Shown here: piece by piece, positions 8,628 through 18,448 of the stretch
How the letters are laid out: every line of letters starts with the position of its first letter
Numbering within the stretch: the stretch's first letter is position 1
Assembly (NCBI GenBank): GCA_023246355.1
Contig: JAHFIQ010000003.1
Coordinates: 85,018 to 149,017, forward strand
Direction: 5' to 3'
Length of the DNA stretch: 64,000 nt
From: Candidatus Uhrbacteria bacterium
GTDB taxonomy: Bacteria > Patescibacteriota > Patescibacteriia > UBA9934 > GWF2-40-263
Position numbers and translations under genes: made by a program
Notes under the pieces: model-generated
The model's input: only the letters and a program-made list of their open reading frames with translations
Database searches by the model: none
Told to the model about the DNA's origin: nothing

Positions 8628-10699
8628 ACGTTTTTATGTCGAGTAATTCCGTAAAGGGCAGGACGCTGCAGAGCACGAACTCCACGAATATTTTTCATGT
8701 AGGTTCTGGTGACCGTAATGGCAGTGAACAGACTCAGCAGCACTCCCACAGCGAGCGTTAAGGCAAATCCACGTACGAAGCTCGACGTAAAGCTGTAGAG
8801 CACACAGGCAGAAATGAGGGTGGTGAGATGCCCATCACGAATCGGCGGCCAGGCACGCTTAAAGCCTTCGTCCATGGATGAGATGAGATCGCGACCACTG
8901 CGAAATTCGTCTTTGATGCGCTCAAAGATGAGCACGTTTGCATCCACGGCAATTCCCAACGACAGAATCAATCCAGCAATTCCCGAAAGGGTAATCGTCA
9001 CCCCAAACAAACGGTAGGCCGCCATGTTGAGAACCACGTACAAAATGAGCGCAGCCACAGCCAGGAGTCCAGGAAGACGATACAGAGCGATCATGAACAA
9101 CGCGACCAATAAGAATCCAAGATAAGCTGCCGTCAAACTCTTGTGCAAGGAAGCCAGACCGAGCGTCGGGCCGATGGTTTCTTGTGAGATCAGGTTGACC
9201 GGCACAGGAAGGGCACCTGCATTCAATCGTTGAGCAAGAATTTTTGCTTCCTCAAGGGTGAAGTCCCCTGTGATCACCGCCTTGCCGCCGTAGATGGCCT
9301 GTTGAACCATTGGTGTGGAGATGGGTGTGCCATCCAAGAAAATCGCAATCGGCTGTCCGACATACTCTTCGGTCAATTTGCCAAACAGGTCACCACCCTC
9401 AGCAGAAAACGTCAGCGCCACATACGGCGAGCCGGTGTTTTGATCAAACTGGACCGCCGCACGATCAAGATCTTTTCCCGAGAGTTCTGAATTCACCCAG
9501 GGCGAGGCCTCAGGAATGATGTCGTACATGTCAGAAAGCTCCATGAGGATGCGCTGGATTGTGTAGGTCGAAACGCTGCGCTCTTCTTGTTTGTAGATGA
9601 GATGGTAGCCAAAATCCGTTTCAACGATCTCAGAAATGCCACCCACGGGAAGCGCTGTGGCTGCCAGGCCAAAGGCTGGAACGTACTTGTCCGCCGTGGC
9701 AAACCCCAGGTCACCACTGTTGGTCGCTGCCGAAGGATCCGTAGAATTCTCAAGCGCAAGCTGCGCAAAATTTTCAGGCGTTGCTTGGTCTTTCAATTTT
9801 CCAATTTGGATGGATGCATCCAGTTGCGAGAGTCCAGTTGTACATCCAGTCTTTCCTTCAAAACAGATCAAGATGTGTGAAAGGTGCATTTCTGTTTTAT
9901 CCTCGTGGCTCACGTATTTGAAAATACTTACGCCATCCTCGTTTTCAAGAAGATTGTTGTAGAGCTGCCCTGGATTCATTCCGCGTTCAATCAAAATCGC
10001 GTATTCAGCAAAATACGAGTCATTGGTGATGCCGTCGATCACTCCCTTGGTCGTGTCTTTATTTTTTTCAATGCTGTTTTCTGCCACCAACGTATCAAAG
10101 TCCTCTCCAGCAAGGGCACGATTCAACACCGCGCGAGCCGCCGTGCGCTCTGCCTCGTTTGCGGTATCAAGCTGCGCTTGCTCTTCAGGAGTGAGGTCAC
10201 GATCAGTTTCCTTGCCAGGGGTTTTGAATTCAAGCACCGGCGTCTCGCCAATAAGCGCGATCGCTTCAGTGACATCCAGGACCCCGGCCAAATCAATAAT
10301 GACTCGATACGTTCCACCGGTCGTCGTTGTTTGTACGATGGGTTCAGAAACACCAAACGCGTTCACGCGCCGTTCAATCACATCTCGCACACCTTCCAGC
10401 GCCTCATTGCGGTCTGCTTCAGGAATCTGGCTCATGTCAGCTTCGTAGATCAGATGCGTTCCTCCTTGCAAATCAAGGCCGAGTTTGAATGGAATGTCAT
10501 TGATGGACGGAGGAGCCCAACCTGTTTGCGCTTGCACAAAGAGCGCACCGCGATTCCACAAAAACGGAAAATCATAGATACCAACTGCCACGGTCGCAAC
10601 CAGCAAAATAATGGCCGTGAGCCGCATTCCCCAAGGACTTTGTGAGGTTTTCTGCTGAGCTTTCTTCTTGAGCTTCCAGGTTTGCATAGGATCAAACAA
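8624..10699 (-). CDS. secD: Protein translocase subunit SecD with inserted parvulin-type PPIase domain(s); start may be ATG 10687
   Basis: LGLDLQGG, IERRVNAFGVSEP, AGALP, AVDANVLIFERIKDE; internal SHILI...GDLGF...VETDFGYHLI. Confidence 0.95.
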   Translation of the reverse strand: MFDPMQTWKLKKKAQQKTSQSPWGMRLTAIILLVATVAVGIYDFPFLWNRGALFVQAQTGWAPPSINDIPFKLGLDLQGGTHLIYEADMSQIPEADRNEALEGVRDVIERRVNAFGVSEPIVQTTTTGGTYRVIIDLAGVLDVTEAIALIGETPVLEFKTPGKETDRDLTPEEQAQLDTANEAERTAARAVLNRALAGEDFDTLVAENSIEKNKDTTKGVIDGITNDSYFAEYAILIERGMNPGQLYNNLLENEDGVSIFKYVSHEDKTEMHLSHILICFEGKTGCTTGLSQLDASIQIGKLKDQATPENFAQLALENSTDPSAATNSGDLGFATADKYVPAFGLAATALPVGGISEIVETDFGYHLIYKQEERSVSTYTIQRILMELSDMYDIIPEASPWVNSELSGKDLDRAAVQFDQNTGSPYVALTFSAEGGDLFGKLTEEYVGQPIAIFLDGTPISTPMVQQAIYGGKAVITGDFTLEEAKILAQRLNAGALPVPVNLISQETIGPTLGLASLHKSLTAAYLGFLLVALFMIALYRLPGLLAVAALILYVVLNMAAYRLFGVTITLSGIAGLILSLGIAVDANVLIFERIKDEFRSGRDLISSMDEGFKRAWPPIRDGHLTTLISACVLYSFTSSFVRGFALTLAVGVLLSLFTAITVTRTYMKNIRGVRALQRPALYGITRHKNV

Positions 10700-10759
10700 T
10701 CAATAAAATCGGGGTCAGTGTAGACGAGAGGTAAAAGGAAGGCAAGTGGATAGATTTGG

Positions 10760-11986
10760 TCAGGACGTTGGACGAACAAGCGTCTTCTCGCCACCAACAG
10801 CAGCTGGAAGAGGTTCCTGGCTGTACATTCTTTTATCTGGCCAGTTGTTTCGAGAACGAATGAGATGCAGGTACGCCTCAGACTGCTTGTCGATTTCTGC
10901 ATCTCCTCCAGGCATGAACGAAAGACGATCCTTGATTCCCAACACGCGTGCCATGCCGTTCAAGGCTCGGGCATAGTTCAAACCATTCAGAAGATTATTC
11001 ACCTCGGAGGACGCGATCTGCGCAGAGGTCGTGAGTCTGTGCGCGGCATCTCGTGCTCCTGTCCATTCGTTGTCTGCAAACGGATCGACAATCAAGTACG
11101 TCCACTTCCCTTCTCCATTTTTGTACACACGGATATTTCCACCACCAGCCATATCAAGCATCTTGTTTGATGTTTGCGTAAACTCCATCATGCGCTCCAC
11201 AAGATCACGCAGAACATCTGCAAGTTCATCATCCACATAGGACTCCCCGAGCAGTCGTACGGTTCCCACATGCAAAAAGCTATACAGCAGGTTTGCATCA
11301 AACGGTTCCTTCTCACCAAACGCCATTCGATTTAATCGTTGATACTCGTCCAGAGGGACATCGAAACGCTCTGTATATCGAAACCCAAACGAGTGCATGT
11401 CAGGATTTTCTCCAGCTTCTTTTTTGAGCATCCTGGCGCGTTCAGGAAGAATTTCCTGATACCGAACAATCGTCGGGACTGAAACCGTTGACGCAGGAGC
11501 AAGATCCGTGAGATCACTGCGCTCGAGGATTTCACGGGCAACCTCGGGTGTCACAGGAACGTTACGAGTCACGGTGCGTGTCGAGAGAATATGATCAGCT
11601 GGAAACGCACGTCGCAGGGCTTTCACAAACTGTTCCTCACGTTCAATGGCCTGTTCCATTCGATCCGTATCATCTTCTTGTTCGGCCATGGCCCTGGCGC
11701 CTTCTCGGATCCGTGCTTCGTTGGTCGTGGCAAAGGGATGTGTTTCCCATCGCGTAAAGGCGTCGCGCATCAAACCTCGTTTCAAAAAATACATGTCAGC
11801 TTTCAACACCACCTTTCTGTGAGCTCCTTCTCGTCCTTCTTTTTGCTTCACCCGAAACACAACAGACTCCCCTCCGTGGCCGGCATATTCAAGCTCGCCA
11901 GGAAGAAGCGGATCAGCTTTGCGTTCCTGGACGTATCTCTCTGCGAGTCCTGGAACAGGATCAGATGGTGGGCGCTCATGGGGCAT
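10760..11986 (-). CDS. Hypothetical protein with a possible atypical protein-kinase-like fold
   Basis: AGHGGESVVF (Gly loop), VVLK, LDMAGGGN, LIVDP in kinase motif order. Confidence 0.5.
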   Translation of the reverse strand: MPHERPPSDPVPGLAERYVQERKADPLLPGELEYAGHGGESVVFRVKQKEGREGAHRKVVLKADMYFLKRGLMRDAFTRWETHPFATTNEARIREGARAMAEQEDDTDRMEQAIEREEQFVKALRRAFPADHILSTRTVTRNVPVTPEVAREILERSDLTDLAPASTVSVPTIVRYQEILPERARMLKKEAGENPDMHSFGFRYTERFDVPLDEYQRLNRMAFGEKEPFDANLLYSFLHVGTVRLLGESYVDDELADVLRDLVERMMEFTQTSNKMLDMAGGGNIRVYKNGEGKWTYLIVDPFADNEWTGARDAAHRLTTSAQIASSEVNNLLNGLNYARALNGMARVLGIKDRLSFMPGGDAEIDKQSEAYLHLIRSRNNWPDKRMYSQEPLPAAVGGEKTLVRPTS

Positions 11987-11994
11987 AGATTGAT

Positions 11995-12732
11995 TTATCG
12001 TTGAGGCTGTTGATTCAGCCAGCGAGCTGCAAACTGATCGGCAAATAATTCTTTAGGAAGGGATCGGTAGGCACGTTCTTGTATTTCTAGAAGCTGCTCA
12101 ATCGTCGTCACATCAAGCTGCAAAAGACGTTCTCTGGTTTTTGGCCGGTCATCTAAAAATGCATCAAGCGTTGGAAACGAAACAAGACTTGCCTTCAGCT
12201 CGCTGGGAGATAGACCGGGAACAGGCAACGTCTCCATCTGGCGAAAAAAGAAATCGCGCCAAACCATCGGCGCATTCTCCTGTCCGATCTCAGCGTCAGA
12301 GGCAACGTTGGAAAGATAATCGTACGCATGGCCAAGTTCATGGAGAAATATAGCGTTTTTTAATAGTCTTGGACTGAGATCCTCAAACGAAATTCCAAGA
12401 CTCTCAGCTGTGATCTGAGCTGCAACGCGTCTGTCTTGTTTAAGCTTTTCAAAATCCTTTTCATTTCCAGGTACAAGAATGATGGCTGGGTCTGGATACT
12501 CTTCATTGGGTAAAACAAACTCCCCTCCCGTAAACTGAAGGCGATGAACATCACTGGGCGTGATAATTTCCACGCGAGAGAGAATTGGATAACGTTCAAC
12601 AACCTGTATCCATAACTCAAATAGCTCAGGATCCGTTCCTTCCGGGGCTTCAACCGTTCTGGGATGTTCTGCTGAGAATCCAGAAAAATGACTCTCAGCA
12701 GAAGCATTGGTAGATGGGTATTCATGATTCAT
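11995..12732 (-). CDS. Hypothetical zincin-like metallopeptidase
   Basis: FLHELGHAYD plus C-terminal ELFADQFA third-ligand motif. Confidence 0.6.
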   Translation of the reverse strand: MNHEYPSTNASAESHFSGFSAEHPRTVEAPEGTDPELFELWIQVVERYPILSRVEIITPSDVHRLQFTGGEFVLPNEEYPDPAIILVPGNEKDFEKLKQDRRVAAQITAESLGISFEDLSPRLLKNAIFLHELGHAYDYLSNVASDAEIGQENAPMVWRDFFFRQMETLPVPGLSPSELKASLVSFPTLDAFLDDRPKTRERLLQLDVTTIEQLLEIQERAYRSLPKELFADQFAARWLNQQPQR

Positions 12733-13589
12733 AGGACTGATAACTTACCTTTTGCGAAATACGTATCGACTACCTCCATCCATTTTTCAATGCGCTCTTC
12801 CCATCGATCGATTCCAATTTTGAGCACATCGAGCAACTCCTCATAAAAGACATCGTCCTTTGTGCCAGACAATTTTTCCATAGCCAACCGAAAAGGATCC
12901 TCACTTCCGGTTGCATACGCTTCGTTCACTGCACGAACAAGCGTCGGACGATCGGGTGCATGGTCAACCAGATACTGGATGTAATGCCGTTCAAGGTAAC
13001 CACTGGTTGAAACCTCCTCTTTTTCTTTTTCTGTCAGTATATCTTTCAGTGCTTCATCCGCCAGCCAGTCTGTCACGGCCTCCCAAAACAATGCGCGCTG
13101 GGCTGGTTTGTGCCTGAAATCAACCGACAGCGGATCCACTTCTCCTGTTTTCACAAACCGGCTATGTCGAAGTGGGCCAAGATACACAGAATAGACCTGC
13201 TCGTCTTCGTCACGCATATAATCGACAGCAACGTAGCTCTCGGGAGCCATCAGATGCGAGCCCTCATGAAGGAGTGTATGAAGTGTCTCCGCTCGTGAAG
13301 CACTGTGGAGTACAACGGCAGAACGGCGAACCTCATGCCCGTCTACCTGGTACCGGATCAATCCATCAGCGCCATCTTCTTTTGGATTTTCTTCACCCAT
13401 ACGATCTAGCTCCTGCCGTGTCACAAAAACCGTTTTCCTCAAAACACTCAGTCGACTCTCTAAAACTTCTGACGGAAGGACATCAGCAAACAACCCACGC
13501 AGCGTCCGCTCGGCCGTCTTTTTAAACTCGACTCGCTCGGCTTCGATCCGAGCAATTTCACGTTCAGCTGGGTTATCGTGTGAGGACAT
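12729..13589 (-). CDS. Hypothetical zincin-like metallopeptidase
   Basis: LLHEGSHLM plus downstream WEAVTDWLA. Confidence 0.55.
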   Translation of the reverse strand: MSSHDNPAEREIARIEAERVEFKKTAERTLRGLFADVLPSEVLESRLSVLRKTVFVTRQELDRMGEENPKEDGADGLIRYQVDGHEVRRSAVVLHSASRAETLHTLLHEGSHLMAPESYVAVDYMRDEDEQVYSVYLGPLRHSRFVKTGEVDPLSVDFRHKPAQRALFWEAVTDWLADEALKDILTEKEKEEVSTSGYLERHYIQYLVDHAPDRPTLVRAVNEAYATGSEDPFRLAMEKLSGTKDDVFYEELLDVLKIGIDRWEERIEKWMEVVDTYFAKGKLSVL

Positions 13590-13737
13590 AATCGAAATGA
13601 AGGGATAGCGCTTCGTTGAGATTATTTAATGCCTCCTTCCTTGTCTTTCCAAAACTCGACACATCAACATTCAAACATTGGGCAACGTAATACTTCCCTT
13701 CTTTCCAAACTTTCGTATTGTGGTCAGTACGATTCAT
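13573..13737 (-). CDS. Short HicB-like antitoxin (no adjacent HicA seen)
   Basis: VWKEGKYYVAQCLNVDVSSFGKTRKEALNNLNEALSLHF; start set at ATG 13737. Confidence 0.75.
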   Translation of the reverse strand: MNRTDHNTKVWKEGKYYVAQCLNVDVSSFGKTRKEALNNLNEALSLHFDYVLTR

Positions 13738-13759
13738 ACAGCCAAACAAGCTCAAGAAA

Positions 13760-14329
13760 TCAAACGGATCCAACCTCTTCTATCATCTTTTGAGTCTTTT
13801 CTTTCGGTAGCCCCATCAAACTCTCCATCTCGCCGTCAAAGTGAACGTACGGGAGAAATGATGGATGTTCGGCTGCCAGGCCGCCGGCATACTTCATGGC
13901 TTCTCCAGATTCAATAAAAGTTTTCACGTACTCGTCTGGGACGGGATCCATGGTCACCGTCACTTCGTCGATGGCACTGACGCGTTTACCTGTTGCGGTG
14001 TTGCAAACGACCGTGCACGAAGTTGCGGTCTGTGGTTTTGTAGAGAATGTTGAAAGAAATTCATAGGCTTCTTCTTTTGATCGAGGCTTCTCACGTACCT
14101 TGCCATCCACAACCATCACTTGATCAGACGTGATGACGATGGCATCTTCCTGAACCAATGCTAACACCGCGTCCATTTTCGCTTGGGCAATCGCCTCAAC
14201 CAACTCACGCGGATCTTCTTTTCGAATCGCCTTTTCGTCGATGTCCGGTGAGATCACCGTGAACACAAACCCCATGCTCGTAAGCACCGCCTTTCTGCTT
14301 GGTGAACTTGAACCCAAAATAATCTTCAT
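13760..14329 (-). CDS. maf: Maf-family nucleoside triphosphate pyrophosphatase
   Basis: IILGSSSPSR, DIDEK, ITSDQV, REKP, MGLP. Confidence 0.93.
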   Translation of the reverse strand: MKIILGSSSPSRKAVLTSMGFVFTVISPDIDEKAIRKEDPRELVEAIAQAKMDAVLALVQEDAIVITSDQVMVVDGKVREKPRSKEEAYEFLSTFSTKPQTATSCTVVCNTATGKRVSAIDEVTVTMDPVPDEYVKTFIESGEAMKYAGGLAAEHPSFLPYVHFDGEMESLMGLPKEKTQKMIEEVGSV

Positions 14330-14331
14330 AA

Positions 14332-14772
14332 CTATCGTACCCGCTGTCTCTCGTACTCAAACAATTTTTGATAGATCAACTCAATCCGATCTGGAACGAG
14401 TTTGTACCAGACATGTTCATCCAAAACGATTCCCAGACCTGAGTCGAAAGCTCTTTGCATCTTTTTCATCCATTGTTTCAAGAGATCGTCTGACGGATTC
14501 TGCACACGTTGAGCCACGCCTGAAATCTGTAAACCCTCATCTGGCATCTCAGGTCCCTGTGTCACGGCAATGGCGCCAGCAACGTGGTTGTGTCCATCAT
14601 CAATCGCCTTGGAATGCCGACGTTCGGGTTTGCTCATCCAGTAGAAATTCAAATCCTCGTCAAAAATATAAATCACATCCGCTGCCCACACGCCGTTGTC
14701 ATCTTGAACAGCGAGAGTCACCAGGTAGCCTCTTTGCAAAACCTCACGAGTAAGTTGGTTTAGGTCATGCAT
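14332..14772 (-). CDS. Pyridoxamine 5'-phosphate oxidase-like FMN-binding protein
   Basis: TLAV...WAADVIY...FYWMS...RHS...GLQISG split-barrel pattern. Confidence 0.8.
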   Translation of the reverse strand: MHDLNQLTREVLQRGYLVTLAVQDDNGVWAADVIYIFDEDLNFYWMSKPERRHSKAIDDGHNHVAGAIAVTQGPEMPDEGLQISGVAQRVQNPSDDLLKQWMKKMQRAFDSGLGIVLDEHVWYKLVPDRIELIYQKLFEYERQRVR

Positions 14773-14801
14773 AAAAATCAGCGAGTTAAAAGCGCCACGG
14801 G

Positions 14802-15239
14802 TTACGTAGCGCCAGAGTCCACGACTTCCTCTTTCTCATCTTCGATTTGCAGGAACAGGGTCATGGTGCCGATCGACTGGACACTCAGATCCAGTGACAG
14901 GAACGCTGAGGAGAACTGTCCATCGACTTTGAAGGAGAATCCTTCGATCAAGACGACACAGGCAAGGCTCGTGCCGTCGACCGTGACCCCTTCGATCGTG
15001 TTGTCTTCGTGCTCGATCACGAACCCGTGGATGTTCATCTTGCCATCGAAGTCAAGATCCGCCCACAGCTCGCGATCGTGCTCGTAGAACTCAATCTTGA
15101 ACGTCGAATCCTTGTCCAAGACCTGAACCCCATCGACCGGACTACCGTCCCCAGGAAATCCCAGGTAGGTTCCCTCAATGATGTCGATGGTCTCCCCGCC
15201 GCCTGTGCCAGCACAGGCAAGAAACAGAAGTCCGAACAT
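14802..15239 (-). CDS. Hypothetical lipoprotein (GC-rich codon usage)
   Basis: MFGLLFLAC lipobox; acidic beta-rich body. Confidence 0.6.
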   Translation of the reverse strand: MFGLLFLACAGTGGGETIDIIEGTYLGFPGDGSPVDGVQVLDKDSTFKIEFYEHDRELWADLDFDGKMNIHGFVIEHEDNTIEGVTVDGTSLACVVLIEGFSFKVDGQFSSAFLSLDLSVQSIGTMTLFLQIEDEKEEVVDSGAT

Positions 15240-15310
15240 GAAGCACCCCCAAGTGATGCCTCCTCCGTACTCATCATACTCTGATTTTCTTCAAACAAAC
15301 AGAGAAACCA

Positions 15311-15331
15311 AAAACCACCGAGGGTGGTTTT
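15311..15331 (-). terminator. Intrinsic terminator after secA
   Basis: AAAACCACC-GAG-GGTGGTTTT hairpin with a T tract on the minus strand, just past the secA stop. Confidence 0.65.
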
Positions 15332-15334
15332 GTT

Positions 15335-18019
15335 TCATGCTCCATGGCACTTCTTAAACTTTTTTCCTGATCCGCAATGGCAGGGTTCGTTGCGGCCGAG
15401 TTTTTCTTCTCGCATGCCTTCGACCCCCCTCATTCCCCCCTTGCCAAGGGGGGAAGCTTTCTGATTCCCCTCTACGGCTCCTTGCAGCACCACTCCTGCC
15501 TTCTGGAAGACAGATCGGCCGAGTTCCATTTGGACTTTCATGTCCACCGCGTGCTTGGCGTACTTAAAAAACGTATACGTAATTTCATGGTTGATTGATC
15601 CAAGAAGATTTTGGAACATACCAAAGCCTTCTCGTTTGTACTCAACCAGCGGATCGCGCTGACCGTAGCCTTGCAAGCCGATGCCGGTTCTCAGCGCACT
15701 CATCGCAGCAAGATGATCAATCCAGAGTGTATCGATCGATCGCAGAATCACCCCGCGCTCGATGTTGTAGATGCTCTTTTTGTCTTCGAAGACGTCGGCG
15801 AGCTGATCGTAGGTCTGGCGAACGACTTCCATGATTTTGATGATGACTTGCGTCCGATCTTGCGCCAGCCGCTCTCGCTCTTTTGTGGATGCTAGGTCAA
15901 GCGTTGTGAGTGAAGACTTCTGTGCATCCGTGAGCGGCACAATCGTCCCTACGGTCTCAACAATTTCTTTCATGTTCCATCCACCTTCTCCACCTTGTCC
16001 ACCCTCAGAACTATGAAACAACACGACCTGCTCCACCTCACCTTCGATCACATCCAGCACACGAGATCGAAGAGCTTCTGGTTCTTTTGCAAACAATTCA
16101 AGGATTTCCAAGCGTCTGGCATAGATGACTTCACGATGCTTGTTGAGCACGTCGTCATACTCGAGCAAATGTTTGCGTGAATCAAAATGATACCCTTCCA
16201 CGCGTGTCTGTGCCTTTTCAATTGAGCCGGTGATGAGTTTGTTTTCAATGGGCATGTCATCCGGAATTCCGAGGCGGTCCATCATGCCTCGCGCACGGTC
16301 TGAACCGAAGATCCGCATGAGTCCATCTTCCATAGACAAATAAAACTGGGTGGAACCTGGATCGCCTTGGCGACCTGAACGTCCGCGCAATTGATTATCG
16401 ATGCGCCGAGCGTCGTGGCGCTCCGTGCCGATCACATGCAATCCTCCAAGTTCTTTGACACGCGCTTCTTCCTCAGGCGTTGCTGGATTTCCGCCAAGCT
16501 TTATGTCGACTCCGCGTCCTGCCATGTTAGTGGCAATCGTCACCGCGTGAGTACGTCCTGCCTGGGCGATAATTTCCGCCTCGCGATCGTGATTTTTCGC
16601 ATTCAATACTTCATGCCTGACCCCCGCGTTTGTCAAAAGCAGGGACAGCACCTCATTTTTTTCCACGCTCACGGTACCCACCAAGACGGGTTGACCTTTT
16701 TCTTGAAGCGTCTGAATTTCTTTGACGACCGCCTCAAACTTTCCCTTTTCACTCTTAAAAATTTTGTCTCCTAAGTCAACCCGCTCCACAGGTTTGTTCG
16801 TTGGGATCTCTACGACTTCCAAATTGTAGATCTTGGAAAATTCTTCGGCTTCGGTTGCCGCGGTTCCGGTCATGCCTGACAACTTGTGATACAAACGAAA
16901 AAGATTCTGGAACGTAATGGTCGCAAGTGTTTGGCTCTCACGCTGGATCTGCACGCCTTCTTTTGCCTCGATGGCTTGATGAATCCCTTCGGAGAATCGG
17001 CGGCCCTGCATCAGACGTCCAGTAAATTCATCCACAATAATCACCTCACCTTCCTTGACCACATAATGGACGTCCTTTTGATAGTTGGCACGAGCTCGGA
17101 GCGCAGAATCAGCGTAGCGTTGATATTGTCCTTGATCGATCGCATAGAGATTTTCGATTCCAAGCGCTCGTTCAATATGTTCAATGCCTGTTTCTGTCAG
17201 CGTGGCCGCACGCATTTTTTCGTCCACATTATAATCTTCGTTCTCTTTCAACGAAGCCACGATCTGCGCAAACCGATAGTAGAGGTCATTGGATTTCTCC
17301 GCAGGTGCGGAGATGATAAGTGGTGTGCGAGCTTCGTCGATCAGGATGGAATCGATTTCGTCAACGATCGCGTAATGCAATTCGCGCATGACGCATGCCT
17401 CAATGCTCGGCGCCATGTTGTCGCGCAAATAATCAAATCCAAATTGATTGTTGGTGCCGTAGGTGATGTCCGCTTGGTAGGCTTCGCGGCGAGAGACCGA
17501 TCTGAGTCCATGCGAAGCCGCGGGATCAAACAGGAGTCCTCCTTCATGCTGAATCACACCAACACTCATGCCAAGCGCATGAAAAATTTGCCCCATCCAT
17601 GCGGCATCGCGACGGGCCAGATAATCGTTGACCGTCACCAGATGACAACCCTGACCACGAAGAGCATTCGCGTAGAGCGCAAGCGTTGAGGTGAGTGTTT
17701 TTCCCTCACCAGTACGCATCTCAGCTATCTGTCCACGATGGAGCGTGAGCCCACCAATGAGCTGAACATCAAAATGGCGCTGCCCAAGTGTTCGTTTTGC
17801 GACCTCTCGTACCACCGCAAAGGCCTCGTACACAAGATCATCAAGAGCCACGCCTTGTGCGAGGCGCGATTTAAACTCGGAGGTTTTTCCTTTCAGTTCA
17901 TCGTCCGTGAGCGATGCAATCGAAGGCTCGAGCGCGTTAATGCTCTCGATTTCACGAAACAGACTTCCGATGAGTTTCTTGTTTGGATCCCCAAAAAGAA
18001 GTTTCAAGACTCTGGACAT
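15335..18019 (-). CDS. secA: Preprotein translocase ATPase SecA
   Basis: EMRTGEGKT, VTVNDYLARRD, IVDEIDSILIDEARTPLIIS, ATNMAGRG, C-terminal SEC-C motif. Confidence 0.99.
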   Translation of the reverse strand: MSRVLKLLFGDPNKKLIGSLFREIESINALEPSIASLTDDELKGKTSEFKSRLAQGVALDDLVYEAFAVVREVAKRTLGQRHFDVQLIGGLTLHRGQIAEMRTGEGKTLTSTLALYANALRGQGCHLVTVNDYLARRDAAWMGQIFHALGMSVGVIQHEGGLLFDPAASHGLRSVSRREAYQADITYGTNNQFGFDYLRDNMAPSIEACVMRELHYAIVDEIDSILIDEARTPLIISAPAEKSNDLYYRFAQIVASLKENEDYNVDEKMRAATLTETGIEHIERALGIENLYAIDQGQYQRYADSALRARANYQKDVHYVVKEGEVIIVDEFTGRLMQGRRFSEGIHQAIEAKEGVQIQRESQTLATITFQNLFRLYHKLSGMTGTAATEAEEFSKIYNLEVVEIPTNKPVERVDLGDKIFKSEKGKFEAVVKEIQTLQEKGQPVLVGTVSVEKNEVLSLLLTNAGVRHEVLNAKNHDREAEIIAQAGRTHAVTIATNMAGRGVDIKLGGNPATPEEEARVKELGGLHVIGTERHDARRIDNQLRGRSGRQGDPGSTQFYLSMEDGLMRIFGSDRARGMMDRLGIPDDMPIENKLITGSIEKAQTRVEGYHFDSRKHLLEYDDVLNKHREVIYARRLEILELFAKEPEALRSRVLDVIEGEVEQVVLFHSSEGGQGGEGGWNMKEIVETVGTIVPLTDAQKSSLTTLDLASTKERERLAQDRTQVIIKIMEVVRQTYDQLADVFEDKKSIYNIERGVILRSIDTLWIDHLAAMSALRTGIGLQGYGQRDPLVEYKREGFGMFQNLLGSINHEITYTFFKYAKHAVDMKVQMELGRSVFQKAGVVLQGAVEGNQKASPLGKGGMRGVEGMREEKLGRNEPCHCGSGKKFKKCHGA

Positions 18020-18088
18020 ACGGCCAAGATTATGTCTCTTTTCCCTAAAAAAATCAAACGACGAGACCTCTGCCTCGCCGTTGCCTTA

Positions 18089-18448
18089 CTATTGCTTTCC
18101 TGGTCGTGTACCTTTTTGAGACCGATCCTGCAGCTTATCTTTGTATTCCTTAAGCTGCCGGCGTGTCTGATCGCAGGCCTGAGAGATCGCGTGATAGAGA
18201 TCTTCTTCTAGCGCCACGGATCGAATTTCTGTTCCACGCACATGTAATTGAAACTCCGCGGTGAAAAAAGGACCTTTGGAATGATGTTTGGTCGACTTGC
18301 CTACCTCGACTCTGAGCTCGGCCGCAGGTTCAAAACCAGCTGTGAACTTTTCGAGCATGGTGGCCTTGGATTCAACACGTGACTTAATGGCGTCTGTGAG
18401 CGGAAGGTTGGTGCCCTTGATGGAGACGATGTGCATAGAGAGAATCAA
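18089..18448 (-). CDS. hpf: Ribosome hibernation promoting factor (HPF/RaiA)
   Basis: IKGTNLPLTDAIK, DLYHAI. Confidence 0.9.
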   Translation of the reverse strand: MILSMHIVSIKGTNLPLTDAIKSRVESKATMLEKFTAGFEPAAELRVEVGKSTKHHSKGPFFTAEFQLHVRGTEIRSVALEEDLYHAISQACDQTRRQLKEYKDKLQDRSQKGTRPGKQ

